From: Solirubrobacterales bacterium
GTDB lineage: Bacteria > Actinomycetota > Thermoleophilia > Solirubrobacterales > Solirubrobacteraceae
Length of the DNA: 64,000 nucleotides
Direction of reading: 5' to 3'
NCBI GenBank assembly: GCA_027451345.1
Contig: DAIDJO010000053.1
Span: 747-64,746, forward strand
Shown here: piece by piece, positions 28,683-38,450 of the stretch
Layout: each line of letters starts with the position of its first letter
How positions within the stretch are numbered: position 1 is the first letter of the stretch
Made by a program: the position numbers and the translations under genes
The notes under the pieces: generated by a model
Seen by the model: only the letters and a program-made list of their open reading frames with translations
What the model was told of the DNA's origin: nothing
Database searches by the model: none

Positions 28683-29951
28683 CTACACCACCCCCACCGG
28701 GCCGACCGGAGCGCTCGCCCCGACGCTCGGGGTGGCCGCACCGGCGTCCAGACGCAGATGCACGCGCCAGCCACCGTCCTGCGTCGGGCCCGCCTCGAGC
28801 TCCCCGTCGTAGAGGAGCGCCCGCTCGCGCATGCCGAGGAGCCCGCGCCCGTCGGAGGACGCCCGGGGGCGGGACGGCGCCGGGCCCGATCCGGCGCCCG
28901 GACCGGAGTTGGTGACATCGAGCTCGACCTGCCCGCCCCGACAGCGCAGCCCGACGTGGGCTGAGGTGGGCCGCTCGGCGTGCTTGAGCGTGTTGGTGAG
29001 CGCCTCCTGGGCGACGCGGAAGACGGCGAGCTGGACGCCCGGGGCGAGCTCACGGAGGTCTCCGTCGGTCTCCACCGCAACGGAGATACCGGCCTCCCGC
29101 ACCCGAGCGATCAGCTCGTCGAGACGATCGAGCGTCGGTTGTGGCTCGAACGGGCCGGCGGTGGACTCACCGCGCAGCACGCCGAGCAGGCGCCGCATCT
29201 CCACGAGCGCCTGACGCCCGGTCGCCGAACATCGCTCGATGGCGCCCGCCGCCTGGGCCGGCGAGGCCTCGAGCGCGTATCGCGCGCCGTCGGCGAGCGC
29301 GATCATCACGGTCAGATTGTGCGAGACGATGTCATGCATCTCCCGCGCGATCCGCGCACGCTCCGCCGCCGCGCCGAGCTCGGCCTGCTGGTCCCGCTCG
29401 CGCTCGAGCCGCGCGGCCCGCTCGCGCAGCGACTCGAGCAGCTCGCGGCGCTGACGGATCATCAGACCGACGGCGGCCGCGGCCACGGTCAGGCCCGTCA
29501 CTCCGCACCAGTACTTGAACTCCTCCCGGGCCTCCCACCGCAGCGCGAGCATGATCGCGCCCACCTCGGCGACGACGACGGCGGCCAGGATCGACGTCGC
29601 GTCGCACTCGAGGCAGACCCAATAGAGCGCGATCAGCACCGCGACGTCGGCGAGCTGGGGTCCTGACAGGAACCACTGCAGCAGCGCGACCAGCGCGACG
29701 GCGGCGTAGGTGGCGCGCGGGGCTCGATGCCGGAGGAGAAGCGGGGCGCACAGGGCGGCGCAGAAGGCGAGCATCGCCGGCGTGACCCGATGCTGGATCG
29801 CGAGGCCGATCACGCTCGCGGTCGCGGCGCAGGTCGCGAGCGTGCCGTCGACGAGCAGCGGATGCCGCGCACTCAACCGACTGATGCGTTCGACCCGCTG
29901 GTTGAGCCAGGTGAACAGGGGCTCGTCCGAGAAGTCCGCCACATCACGCAT
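28683..29951 (-). CDS. Membrane sensor histidine kinase (HisKA_3)
   Basis: ERARIAREMHDIVSH, QEALTNTLKHA, GRGLLGMRER. Confidence 0.93.
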   Translation of the reverse strand: MRDVADFSDEPLFTWLNQRVERISRLSARHPLLVDGTLATCAATASVIGLAIQHRVTPAMLAFCAALCAPLLLRHRAPRATYAAVALVALLQWFLSGPQLADVAVLIALYWVCLECDATSILAAVVVAEVGAIMLALRWEAREEFKYWCGVTGLTVAAAAVGLMIRQRRELLESLRERAARLERERDQQAELGAAAERARIAREMHDIVSHNLTVMIALADGARYALEASPAQAAGAIERCSATGRQALVEMRRLLGVLRGESTAGPFEPQPTLDRLDELIARVREAGISVAVETDGDLRELAPGVQLAVFRVAQEALTNTLKHAERPTSAHVGLRCRGGQVELDVTNSGPGAGSGPAPSRPRASSDGRGLLGMRERALLYDGELEAGPTQDGGWRVHLRLDAGAATPSVGASAPVGPVGVV

Positions 29952-29988
29952 CTTGGCGCCTGACCGTGGCGAGCATGCCCCAGACGCC

Positions 29989-30840
29989 CTATTCGGCCTC
30001 GGGGGCGAGCGACCGGCGCGGCGGCGGCACCCGCCGCAGGTGGATCGCGGCGCCCGGCTCGACGGAGCCGTCCGGCTGCACGTCCCGCCGGGTGACGGTC
30101 ACCCAGGCGACCAGCAGCGCAAAGACCACCAGACCGACGAGGCCGACGGCGGGATCGCCCAGGTTGAGCCCCCCGGCCGTCGGCTTGCTGAAGCCGTCGG
30201 CAAAGGACGCTCCGAGCGGGCGCGTGACGATGTACGCCAGCCAGAACGCGAGGATCGGGTTCCAGCGCAGGCGCCACCAGCCAACCGCCGGTATGGCGAA
30301 TGCCCCGGCGAACAGGAGGGCGGACGGCCAGAAGCCCCAGTTCAGCTGGTAGGCGGTGAGGTCGCCGGCGGCCGTGCCCAGGGCGAAGGTGCACAGCACG
30401 GCCGTCCAGTAGTAGAGCTCACGCCGCCGGGTGTTGATGCTGTGAATCGAGAGCGTGCCCTCCGAGCGGTACCAGTGCCAGAAGACGAACCCGGTGAGCA
30501 GCGCGAAGGCTGGAGTGGTCACCGCGTACGGGATCCCGGCGCCGCGGTGAATGCCGTCGGCCGCCATCGTTCCGAAGACCGCCACCATCATCACCGCGAA
30601 CCAGTAGTGGGGCGCGCGGTACCGGCGCTGGCGAAGCTGCAGCCAGAGGGCCAGCGCGAGACCGAAGATGCCGACGAACGCGGCGAGGGGGATGCTCTGC
30701 TGCGCGAGCCCGTCCGACACCGCCTCGCCCGTGCCGGTCGTCAACAGCTTGAGGATCCAGAAGGCGGCCGCGATCAAGGGCACCTTGGTTCCCAGGTGGC
30801 TCGTCGCGGACTCGGTGATGGGTGTCTCTGGCTCGTTCAT
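29989..30840 (-). CDS. COG4705/DUF347 repeat membrane protein
   Basis: KVP, FWILKLLTTGTGE, GTMAAD, FALGTAAGD, FWLAYIVTRPLGASFAD. Confidence 0.85.
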   Translation of the reverse strand: MNEPETPITESATSHLGTKVPLIAAAFWILKLLTTGTGEAVSDGLAQQSIPLAAFVGIFGLALALWLQLRQRRYRAPHYWFAVMMVAVFGTMAADGIHRGAGIPYAVTTPAFALLTGFVFWHWYRSEGTLSIHSINTRRRELYYWTAVLCTFALGTAAGDLTAYQLNWGFWPSALLFAGAFAIPAVGWWRLRWNPILAFWLAYIVTRPLGASFADGFSKPTAGGLNLGDPAVGLVGLVVFALLVAWVTVTRRDVQPDGSVEPGAAIHLRRVPPPRRSLAPEAE

Positions 30841-30929
30841 CTCGCAGAAGGGTAGGAAGGCGACCTGCGCTTGGCGTGCGCCGGTCCGCCGGCCGCCGGC
30901 GACCAGGGCAGCGAGCGCGATACCGCCGT

Positions 30930-31328
30930 CTAGTCGAGATCGGCGTCCGGCGGGTCCGGTTCGTCGAACACGCGCTGGGCGATGCCGACGGCCACGTTGG
31001 CGGCCGGCACCCCGGCGTAGACCGCCGTGTGGATCAGCACCTCGCGGATCTCCTCGCGCGTCAGCCCGTTGCGCAGGGCGGCGCGGACGTGCATCGCGAT
31101 CTCGTTCTCCCGTCCGAGCGCCGTCAGCACGCTCAGGGTGACGGCGCTGCGAGTGCGGCGATCGAGTCCCGGCCGAGTCCAGACGGCCCCCCACGCGTGA
31201 CGGGTGATGAACTCCTGCCATGGCGCGCTGAACTCGCTCGCGCCGGCGCTCGCGCGGTCGACGTGCTCGTCGCCGAGCACGGCCCGGCGCACCTCCATGC
31301 CCTGGCGGAAGAGCTCGTCGTCGGTCAT
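30930..31328 (-). CDS. pcaC: 4-carboxymuconolactone decarboxylase
   Basis: GMEVRRAVLGDEHV, AWGAVWTRPGLDRRTRS, HTAVYAGVPAAN. Confidence 0.95.
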   Translation of the reverse strand: MTDDELFRQGMEVRRAVLGDEHVDRASAGASEFSAPWQEFITRHAWGAVWTRPGLDRRTRSAVTLSVLTALGRENEIAMHVRAALRNGLTREEIREVLIHTAVYAGVPAANVAVGIAQRVFDEPDPPDADLD

Positions 31329-32095
31329 CGGCCGAGATGTTCCAGGATCAGCCGGCTGACGCGCTCCGGCTGCTCGGTGCTGGCGATGTGGGCGGCGTCG
31401 GCGACGAGCTCGAGGCGGGCTCCCGGGATCGATTCCGCGATGAGGCGCTGATGGTCGGGCGGGAGCGCCAGGTCGTCGAGCGCGCCGATGACGAGCGTCG
31501 GGGCCGAGATGGCGGGCAGCAGTGGACGCAGATCCATGTTCGCGATCGCCTCGCAACAGCCACAGTACCCCTCGGGGTCGGTCGCGGCGATCATCGCGCG
31601 GTGGGCCGCGACGACCTCGGGATGCGCGGTCGCCCAGGTCGGGGTGAACCACCGCTCGACCACGGCATCGGCAACGGCGGCGACGGTGCCCGCCGCCCGC
31701 ACGGTGGCGGCACGCTCCCGCCAGCGGGACGCCGGCGGCGCGTATGCGGAGGTGCACATCAGCACGAGCCGGTCCAATCGGCCCGGCGCGTTGGCGGCGA
31801 GCCAGATCCCGGCCATGCCGCCGATCGACAGCCCCACGTAGGAGGCGCGCTCCACCTCCAGCGTGTCGAGCAGGTCGACGATGTCCTGGCCGAGGTCCCG
31901 CATCGTGTACGGCTCGGGCGGCACCGGCGAGTCGCCATGTCCCCGCTGGTCGAAGACGACAACGCGGTGGGACGCGCTCAGCGCGGGCAGCTGCGGCTCC
32001 CACATCGAGAGGTTCGTGCCGAGGGAGTTGCCGAGCACGAGCACCGGCGCGTCCGGCGGGCCGACCGCCCGGTGGTTGAGACGCAGCCCGCTCAC
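31325..32095 (-). CDS. pcaD: 3-oxoadipate enol-lactonase
   Basis: NSLGTNLSMWEPQ, DQRGHG, GLSIGG, VERWFT, DAAHIA. Confidence 0.93.
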   Translation of the reverse strand: MSGLRLNHRAVGPPDAPVLVLGNSLGTNLSMWEPQLPALSASHRVVVFDQRGHGDSPVPPEPYTMRDLGQDIVDLLDTLEVERASYVGLSIGGMAGIWLAANAPGRLDRLVLMCTSAYAPPASRWRERAATVRAAGTVAAVADAVVERWFTPTWATAHPEVVAAHRAMIAATDPEGYCGCCEAIANMDLRPLLPAISAPTLVIGALDDLALPPDHQRLIAESIPGARLELVADAAHIASTEQPERVSRLILEHLGR

Positions 32096-33243
32096 CGGCG
32101 AACCGCCTCCAGGGCGCGGTCGACGAGCCGCTCGGCGTCGGCGACCAGAGGCTCGGGTCGCGCCGCGAGGCTGACGCCGGTCGCCGCCAGGGCGGCGAGG
32201 TTGGCGCGCATCCGCTCGGGGTCGACCTCGAGGTGAGCGAGCAGGTCGGCGAGCCAGGCGACCGCGGAGCCGGTGAGGGTCAGCAGATCGGTGAGCGTGC
32301 CCCACTCGGCCTGCCAGGCGCCCGCCGCCCGCTGCTGCTCCTGCTCCATTCCCGCCATCAGCGTGGCGACCAGGCCGGGCACCCGGCGCGCGCAGGCCAC
32401 CACGGACACCGCGGCGACCGGGTTGCGCTTGTGTGCCATGGCCGAGGACCCGCCACGACCCGCACCACCCTCGCGCAGCTCGCCCACCTCCGTCTGCGCC
32501 ATCAGGGTGACGTCCCGAGCGACCTTGGCGGCGACCCCGGCGAGCGCACCGAGCGCGCCGGCGAGCTGGGCGACCCGCGTGCGCTCGGTGTGCCAGGCCA
32601 GCACGGGCTCCGCGAGGTTGAGGCTCGCGGCGACTCGCGCCGCGATCTCCGGTGCGCGCGTTCCGACCGGACCGCCCATCTGCACGGCGAGCGCGCCGTC
32701 GCGCACGCGCTCCAGCTCGACCCTGCCCCGCTCGATCCCCACCATCCAACCGGCCGCCACGAGCCCGAACGACGTGGGCAGCGCGGCCTGCAGCAGGGTG
32801 CGTCCGAGCATCGGGGTGCCGCGGTGCGCTGCGGCGAGCGCGGCGGCGCCGTGCATCGCCGTATCGCCGTCGGCGAGGATCACGTCGATCGCCCGGCGGG
32901 CGAGGAGCATCGCCGCGGTGTCGAGGATGTCCTGGCTGGTGGCGCCGAGGTGAACGGAGTCGGCGAACGGGGATCCGACCCGCTCGCGCAGAATGCGCAC
33001 GAGCGGGATGACGACGGAGGCATGATCCGCGGCCTGCTCAGCGATGGCCGCCGCATCGACGGGGCCGTCCCGCAGGGACGCCAGGATCGCCGCGCCGGCC
33101 TGCGGCTCAATCAGGCCCTCGTCGACGCAGGCCGCCGCCAGGGCGCTCTCGACCTCGACCATCGCCTGCACCCACGCCGGACCGGTGACGGCGTCGGCGA
33201 CGCCGCCGCGTGCGTAGGTTCCGGCGAAGAGGTCGGACGACAC
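32092..33243 (-). CDS. pcaB: 3-carboxy-cis,cis-muconate cycloisomerase (short form)
   Basis: VHLGATSQDILDTA, GRTLLQAA, GSSAMAHKRNP, AWQAEW. Confidence 0.92.
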   Translation of the reverse strand: MSSDLFAGTYARGGVADAVTGPAWVQAMVEVESALAAACVDEGLIEPQAGAAILASLRDGPVDAAAIAEQAADHASVVIPLVRILRERVGSPFADSVHLGATSQDILDTAAMLLARRAIDVILADGDTAMHGAAALAAAHRGTPMLGRTLLQAALPTSFGLVAAGWMVGIERGRVELERVRDGALAVQMGGPVGTRAPEIAARVAASLNLAEPVLAWHTERTRVAQLAGALGALAGVAAKVARDVTLMAQTEVGELREGGAGRGGSSAMAHKRNPVAAVSVVACARRVPGLVATLMAGMEQEQQRAAGAWQAEWGTLTDLLTLTGSAVAWLADLLAHLEVDPERMRANLAALAATGVSLAARPEPLVADAERLVDRALEAVRR

Positions 33244-33248
33244 GGCGA

Positions 33249-33815
33249 TCAGAGGTCGAAGAAGACCGTCTCGTCCGCGCCCTGGAGGTGGATGTCGAAC
33301 CGGTAGCCCCCGTCGACCGGCTGCGCCAGCAGCGTGTGGCGGCGAGCCGCCGGCACCGTCTGGAGCACCGCGTCGGCGGCGTTCGCCTCGGCCTCGTCGG
33401 CGAAGTAGATGCGCGTCACGACACGGTTGAGCATCCCGCGCGCGAACAGGGTGACGTCGATGTGGGGCGCCTGCAGCGCACCGGCACCGGGGCCGGGCAC
33501 GCGGCCGGGCTTGACGGTGAGCATGCGGTAGGTCCCGTCGCCATCCTCCACGCCGTAGCGGCCGAAGCCGCGGAACCCGTCGAGCGTCGACCGTTCCCCG
33601 TAGCCGTGGACGTCGACGAAGCGTCCGTCGCCGTCGGGCTGCCAGAACTCGATCAGATGGTCGGGGATGACCTCGCCGCGGCCGTCATAGACGGTGCCGG
33701 TGATGGTGATGGCGCCGGGCGTGCCCTCCGGGACGATCAGGTGGCCGCCCTCGTAGGGCATCCCGATGGCGAAGTACGGACCGACGGTCTGGGAGGGGGT
33801 GACCTCGAAGATCAT
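33249..33815 (-). CDS. pcaG: Protocatechuate 3,4-dioxygenase alpha subunit
   Basis: TPSQTVGPYF, QAPHI, FARGML, TRIYF, ETVFF. Confidence 0.96.
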   Translation of the reverse strand: MIFEVTPSQTVGPYFAIGMPYEGGHLIVPEGTPGAITITGTVYDGRGEVIPDHLIEFWQPDGDGRFVDVHGYGERSTLDGFRGFGRYGVEDGDGTYRMLTVKPGRVPGPGAGALQAPHIDVTLFARGMLNRVVTRIYFADEAEANAADAVLQTVPAARRHTLLAQPVDGGYRFDIHLQGADETVFFDL

Positions 33816-34601
33816 CTAGAACGCCTCCTCGAACGGCGTCGCCGCGGGGCCCCGCAGATAGATGTCCCAGTTGAACGCCTGGGCCCAGTTCGGGCGGGTC
33901 TCGTGAATGTTGAACGTCGAGATCATCCGCCGGCGCGCCCGCTCGTCCCGGACCGAGTTGAAGATCGGGTCGTAGGGGAAGAACGGATCGTCGGGAAAGT
34001 ACATCTGCGTGACGAGACGCTGCGTGAACGCACGACCGAGCACCGAGAAGTGGATGTGCGCCGGCCGCCACGCGTTGTAATGGTTGCCCCACGGATACGG
34101 GCCGGGACGGATCGTCGTGAACTCGTAGCGGCCGTTGGCGTCGGTCTCGCAGCGCCCGGCGCCCGTGAAGTTCGGGTCGAGCGGGGCGGCCCAGCGATCC
34201 CATCGGTGGGCGTAGCGCCCGGCCGCGTTCGCCTGCCAGATCTCGACGAGCGTGCCCCGCAGCGGCTTGCCCTCGGTGTCATACACGTGACCGGAGACGA
34301 TGATCCGCTCGCCGATCGGCTCGCCGCCATGCTGGACCGTCAGGTCGCTGTCGGTCGGAGCAAGCCGGACCGCCTGCTGCAACTGCGGGCCGGTGATCTC
34401 CGTGACCGTGTGGGGCAGGTAGACCAACGGCTGCTTCGGATGGCGGGTCTGCGTGGACTTGTACGGGGGATAGTCCAGCGGCGGGTTCGCCTCCGGCGGG
34501 CTGCGCCGGTACCGGGACGGCGTGTCCGCCACCGGGTCGTAGATCTGGCGGACCTCGTCCTGCCCGGTCTCCCGCCCCTGATCACGCTCTGCGGTGCTCA
34601 T
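33816..34601 (-). CDS. pcaH: Protocatechuate 3,4-dioxygenase beta subunit
   Basis: EIWQANAAGRY, PGPYPWGNHYNAWRPAHIHFS, TQMYF (Tyr/His iron ligands). Confidence 0.96.
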   Translation of the reverse strand: MSTAERDQGRETGQDEVRQIYDPVADTPSRYRRSPPEANPPLDYPPYKSTQTRHPKQPLVYLPHTVTEITGPQLQQAVRLAPTDSDLTVQHGGEPIGERIIVSGHVYDTEGKPLRGTLVEIWQANAAGRYAHRWDRWAAPLDPNFTGAGRCETDANGRYEFTTIRPGPYPWGNHYNAWRPAHIHFSVLGRAFTQRLVTQMYFPDDPFFPYDPIFNSVRDERARRRMISTFNIHETRPNWAQAFNWDIYLRGPAATPFEEAF

Positions 34602-34659
34602 CGTTCTCCTGACTGCCGGCCCGTGAGCCGACGCCGACGCGGACCGGCGCTCCCCGGCC

Positions 34660-35373
34660 TCATCTTGACACCAGCTCTCTGAGGGCTGTGAGTTCCTCGG
34701 CGGTCGGCGCCGCCGACACCTGCACGTTATCCGCCACCCGGAGATCCCAGCCCGTGTGTTCCCGCGCCTGTTCCACGGTGACGCCCGGGTGAATCGCGGT
34801 GAGGGTGAGCTCCCCCTCGATCGGCGTGAGCACGCCGAGATCGGTGATGACGGTCGTCGTCCGCTCGCCCCGGGTCGTCTTGAAGTCCAGTCGCGGCACG
34901 AAGGTCCGCGTGGAGTGCGGCGCGATCACCACCACCTCCTCGCAGCCGGTGGCGATCTCGGGTGCCCCGCCCGCGCCGGGCAGGCGCGTCTTCGGGTGCC
35001 GGTAATCACCGATCACCGTCGAGTTCAGGTTCGCCTGCGGGTCGACCTGAGCCGCCCCGAGGAAGGCCACCTGGACCTGTCCCGGGCCGATCCAGTAGTT
35101 GAACATCTCCGGGACCGACACGACGAGGTCCGCCGTCTCCGCGAGCTCCCCGTCACCGATCGAGAGCGGCACGCGGTATGGCTTCGCTCCGATCGTGCCG
35201 GATTCATAGACGAGCACGAGCTTCGGGTTGTGCACCATCCGGGCCAGGAGCGCCGCGGTGGACGGCCGGCCGACACCGATGAAGCATGACCGCTTCCCGA
35301 TCAGGGTTCGCGCCGCCACGATCGTCTGCAGCTCACCGCCCGAGTACTCCGCCGTCTCGCCGTTCGCGGTCAC
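34660..35373 (-). CDS. pcaJ: 3-oxoadipate CoA-transferase subunit B (CatJ/glutaconate CoA-transferase type)
   Basis: FIGVGRPS, YESGTIG, FLGAAQVD, RLPGAGGAPEIA, VITDLG. Confidence 0.85.
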   Translation of the reverse strand: MTANGETAEYSGGELQTIVAARTLIGKRSCFIGVGRPSTAALLARMVHNPKLVLVYESGTIGAKPYRVPLSIGDGELAETADLVVSVPEMFNYWIGPGQVQVAFLGAAQVDPQANLNSTVIGDYRHPKTRLPGAGGAPEIATGCEEVVVIAPHSTRTFVPRLDFKTTRGERTTTVITDLGVLTPIEGELTLTAIHPGVTVEQAREHTGWDLRVADNVQVSAAPTAEELTALRELVSR

Positions 35374-36200
35374 GACGCCACCTCGGTCAGCCCGGCGCCG
35401 CTCCAGAGGCCGCGCTCCTCCATCCACGCCCGGAACCGGTCACGGTCACGGCTGATCGCGTCCCACTCGCGGTAGAAGTCGTTGTCGCGCTGGGTGATGC
35501 CGAGCGCGTAGGAGGGCTGCGACCCGCCCGGCGCCTCGGCGACGAAGTCGATCACCCAGCCCGGGATCACCACACCACCGGCTCGCGGGACGATCCGCTC
35601 GACGATCCGCTCGACCGTGACCACCGAGCGGGAGGCCGCGAGCACCGCCTCCTTCTGCACTCCCGGGATGCCCCACAGCTGGACGTTGCCCTCGTGGTCG
35701 GCCTCCTGCGCGTGCACGATGCTCACGTCCGGTCGCAGCGCCGGCACCGCCGTCAACTCCTCGCCCGTGAACGGACAGGCGATGGGCCGCACATTCGTGT
35801 GGGCCGCGAGATCCGTGCCCGTGTAGCCGCGCATCACCATGAACGGCAGTTTCGACGCCCCGGCGACGTATCGGTTCGCCATCCCCGCGTGCGAGTGCTC
35901 CTCGACCTCGATCGCCCGCGGCCACCCGTTCTCCACCGCGTCGCGAAACCGGTGCAGCGACCCCACGCCAGGGTTGCCGCCGTAGGAGAACACGAGCCGG
36001 CGGGCCGAGCCGACGCCGATCATCTGGTCATACAGCAGATCCGGGGTCATGCGGATGAGCTCGAGCTCACGCCGGCCCTGGCGCAGCAGCTCGTGGCCGG
36101 CCGCGAACGGGATCAGATGCGTGAAGCCCTCGAGCGCCACGCTGTCCCCGTCGTGCACCGTCTGTGCGATCGCCTCGCGAAGCGTTACGAGTTCCGCCAC
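35370..36200 (-). CDS. pcaI: 3-oxoadipate CoA-transferase subunit A (CatI type)
   Basis: ALEGFTHLIPFAAGHE, RMTPDLLYDQ, GNPGVGSLHRFRDAVE, EEHSHAGM. Confidence 0.88.
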   Translation of the reverse strand: MAELVTLREAIAQTVHDGDSVALEGFTHLIPFAAGHELLRQGRRELELIRMTPDLLYDQMIGVGSARRLVFSYGGNPGVGSLHRFRDAVENGWPRAIEVEEHSHAGMANRYVAGASKLPFMVMRGYTGTDLAAHTNVRPIACPFTGEELTAVPALRPDVSIVHAQEADHEGNVQLWGIPGVQKEAVLAASRSVVTVERIVERIVPRAGGVVIPGWVIDFVAEAPGGSQPSYALGITQRDNDFYREWDAISRDRDRFRAWMEERGLWSGAGLTEVAS

Positions 36201-36335
36201 GTTCCACCTCTCGGGAGGGTCTTCATCAGTCGACGATTCGGCGGATGCCGCTCGACCGGCGCCCAGCATCCGTCCTGCATACCCAGAGTACCCGTGAGCG
36301 CGAGCGCGTGTCCGCGCATGCACCGGCCGCGCGGC

Positions 36336-37091
36336 TCACCACGCGGTCCAACCGCCGTCGACCTTGAGGATGTGCCCGGTGACGCTGTGTGAGGCGTCGC
36401 AGGCCAGGTAGCGCACGGCGTGGGCGACGTCCTGCACCTGGGCGAGCTCACGGGTGGGCAGACGGCGCTCGAGCACCTCAGCGCGAAAGGCCGGGTCCTC
36501 GAGCCACTGCCGCGTGAGCGGGGTCTCCACGAAGGTCGGGGCAACCGCGTTGACGCGGATGCCCTGGCTCGCCCACTCGACGGCGAGGGCTCGGGTCATG
36601 CCGTCCACCGCGTGCTTGGTCGCACAGTAGGCGACGCGACCGGGATAGCCGACGGACCCCATCTGCGAGGACATCGTCACGATCGAGCCGGCCGCTCCGC
36701 GGGTGAGGAGCGCGTTCCCAAAGGCGCGGCAGGCGAGGAAGGTGGCTCGCACGTTCACCGAAAACAGAAGGTCCCAGTCCTCGAGCGGGTAGTCGCGCGC
36801 CGCTCCGGGGCGATTGGTGCCGGCGGCAGCCACGAGCACGCGCAGGTCGCCCAGCCCGCCGGCCTCGGCGATCACGCGCTCCACGTCGGCTGGATCGGTG
36901 GCGTCGGCGACGAGCGGCACAGCGTCGGCACCGGCCTGCGCCGCAGCCTCGGTGAGCTCCGATTCGGTGCGCGCCACCAGGACGACCCTGGCGCCCGCCC
37001 GGGCGAGCTCGACGGCGCAGCCGCGGCCCAGGCCGCGCCCGGCACCGATCACGAGCGCGACCCGGCCGTCCAGACGCCAGGGGTCGTTCAT
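36336..37091 (-). CDS. Short-chain dehydrogenase/reductase (HpsO-like neighbourhood)
   Basis: GAGRGLG, SSQMG, YCATKHAV, VNAVAPTFVET, VDGGWTA. Confidence 0.92.
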   Translation of the reverse strand: MNDPWRLDGRVALVIGAGRGLGRGCAVELARAGARVVLVARTESELTEAAAQAGADAVPLVADATDPADVERVIAEAGGLGDLRVLVAAAGTNRPGAARDYPLEDWDLLFSVNVRATFLACRAFGNALLTRGAAGSIVTMSSQMGSVGYPGRVAYCATKHAVDGMTRALAVEWASQGIRVNAVAPTFVETPLTRQWLEDPAFRAEVLERRLPTRELAQVQDVAHAVRYLACDASHSVTGHILKVDGGWTAW

Positions 37092-37101
37092 CGGCGCCGC
37101 C

Positions 37102-38394
37102 TCAGGCCGGGGTCGCCGACAGGCGCGCGAGCCGCACCTCGGCGGTCAGGGCATGCCCCGCGAAGTGCTCCTCGTGGCTGATCGCCGCGATCGCCGGCGC
37201 CACCAGACGCGTCCCCTCGGGGGTGAGGCGCTGGTAGGTGCAGGTCTTCAGGAACTTGCCCACCCACAGGCCACCTGTATACCGGGCCGCCCGGGAGGTG
37301 GGGAGGACGTGGTTGGTGCCGACGCCCTTGTCGCCGTAGGCGACGGTGGCCTGCTCGCCGAGGAACAGCGAGCCGTAGTTGCTCAGCCGCTCGAGGTACC
37401 AGTCGAGCTTCTCCTCGGCGACCTGCACCTCGAGGTGCTCGTCGGCGGCGGCGTCGGCGAGGGCGACCGCCTCCTGGTCATCCTCCGCGATCGCGATCAA
37501 GCCGTGGTTGCTCCACGCCCGGCCGGCGACGTCCGCGGTGGGGAAGGTCTGCAGGAGATTCTCGACCTCGGCCTGCACGGCGCGGGCGACGTCCTCGCCG
37601 ATGGCGATGCAGCCGGCCGGAGAGTTGGGACCGTGCTCGGCCTGCCCGAGCAGGTCGGTGGCGACGAGGCGCGGATCCGCCGAGGAGTCGGCGATCACGA
37701 GCACCTCCGTCGGCCCCGCGAGCAGGTCGATCCCGACGCGCCCGAAGAGCTGCCGCTTGGCCTCCGCCACATAGGCGTTGCCCGCGCCCACGAGCATGTC
37801 GACCGGCTCGAGCCCGTCGATCAGGCCGAAGGCCATCGCGGCCAGGCCCTGGATCCCGCCGAGACACAGGACCGCGTCGGCGCCCGAGGTCCGCATCGCG
37901 TAGAGCATCGTGGGGTGCATGCCCTGCTCGCGTTGCGGCGGCGCGCAGGCGACGACCTGACGGACGCCGGCGACCTTCGCCACGAGCACGGTCATGAAGG
38001 AGGAGGCGAGCATCGGGTAGCGCCCACCCGGCACGTACGCCCCCACTGCGTTGATCGGGATCAGGCGGTGCCCGACCACGACTCCCGGTCCGACCTCGAC
38101 CTCGAGTTCGCTGAGGGTGCCGCGCTGCGCCTGGGCGAAGGTCCGAACCTGGTTCTGGGCGAAGGCGATGTGCTCCTTGAGCGTGTCATCGACGCCCGCG
38201 GCCGCGCGCTCGATCTCCTCATCGGAGACGACGAAGTCCGCAGGCTCCCAGTGGTCGAACTCGCGTGAGTAGCGCCGCACCGCGTCGAGTCCGCCGCACT
38301 CGATCTCCCGCAGGATCTCCGACACGCGCGTGCGGAGCTCCTCGGTGGCCTCCGTCGTGGGGGGATTGGGTTCCTTCAGATATCGCGGCTGCAT
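37102..38394 (-). CDS. Histidinol-dehydrogenase paralog (HpsN/sulfopropanediol dehydrogenase-like subfamily)
   Basis: GAYVPGGRYP, GNAYVAEAKR, DLLGQAEH, EHLEV, GDKGVGTNHVLPT, GGLWVGKFLKT; no his operon context. Confidence 0.8.
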   Translation of the reverse strand: MQPRYLKEPNPPTTEATEELRTRVSEILREIECGGLDAVRRYSREFDHWEPADFVVSDEEIERAAAGVDDTLKEHIAFAQNQVRTFAQAQRGTLSELEVEVGPGVVVGHRLIPINAVGAYVPGGRYPMLASSFMTVLVAKVAGVRQVVACAPPQREQGMHPTMLYAMRTSGADAVLCLGGIQGLAAMAFGLIDGLEPVDMLVGAGNAYVAEAKRQLFGRVGIDLLAGPTEVLVIADSSADPRLVATDLLGQAEHGPNSPAGCIAIGEDVARAVQAEVENLLQTFPTADVAGRAWSNHGLIAIAEDDQEAVALADAAADEHLEVQVAEEKLDWYLERLSNYGSLFLGEQATVAYGDKGVGTNHVLPTSRAARYTGGLWVGKFLKTCTYQRLTPEGTRLVAPAIAAISHEEHFAGHALTAEVRLARLSATPA

Positions 38395-38402
38395 ACGTAT
38401 GC
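38391..38402. promoter_or_regulatory. LacI-type operator GCATACGTATGC overlapping the start codon of the HisD paralog
   Basis: Perfect 12-bp palindrome, identical to 38997-39008. Confidence 0.75.
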
Positions 38403-38450
38403 CTTTCGTGTCGATCGTCGCCGCACGGCGGCGGTGGGGGTGCCCGGCCG

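Noticed and set aside
37102-38394. Calling this gene hisD
   Set aside because: Motif variants, LacI/SDR catabolic context and absence of his genes favour a paralog; hpsN also not assigned because sulfonate genes are absent
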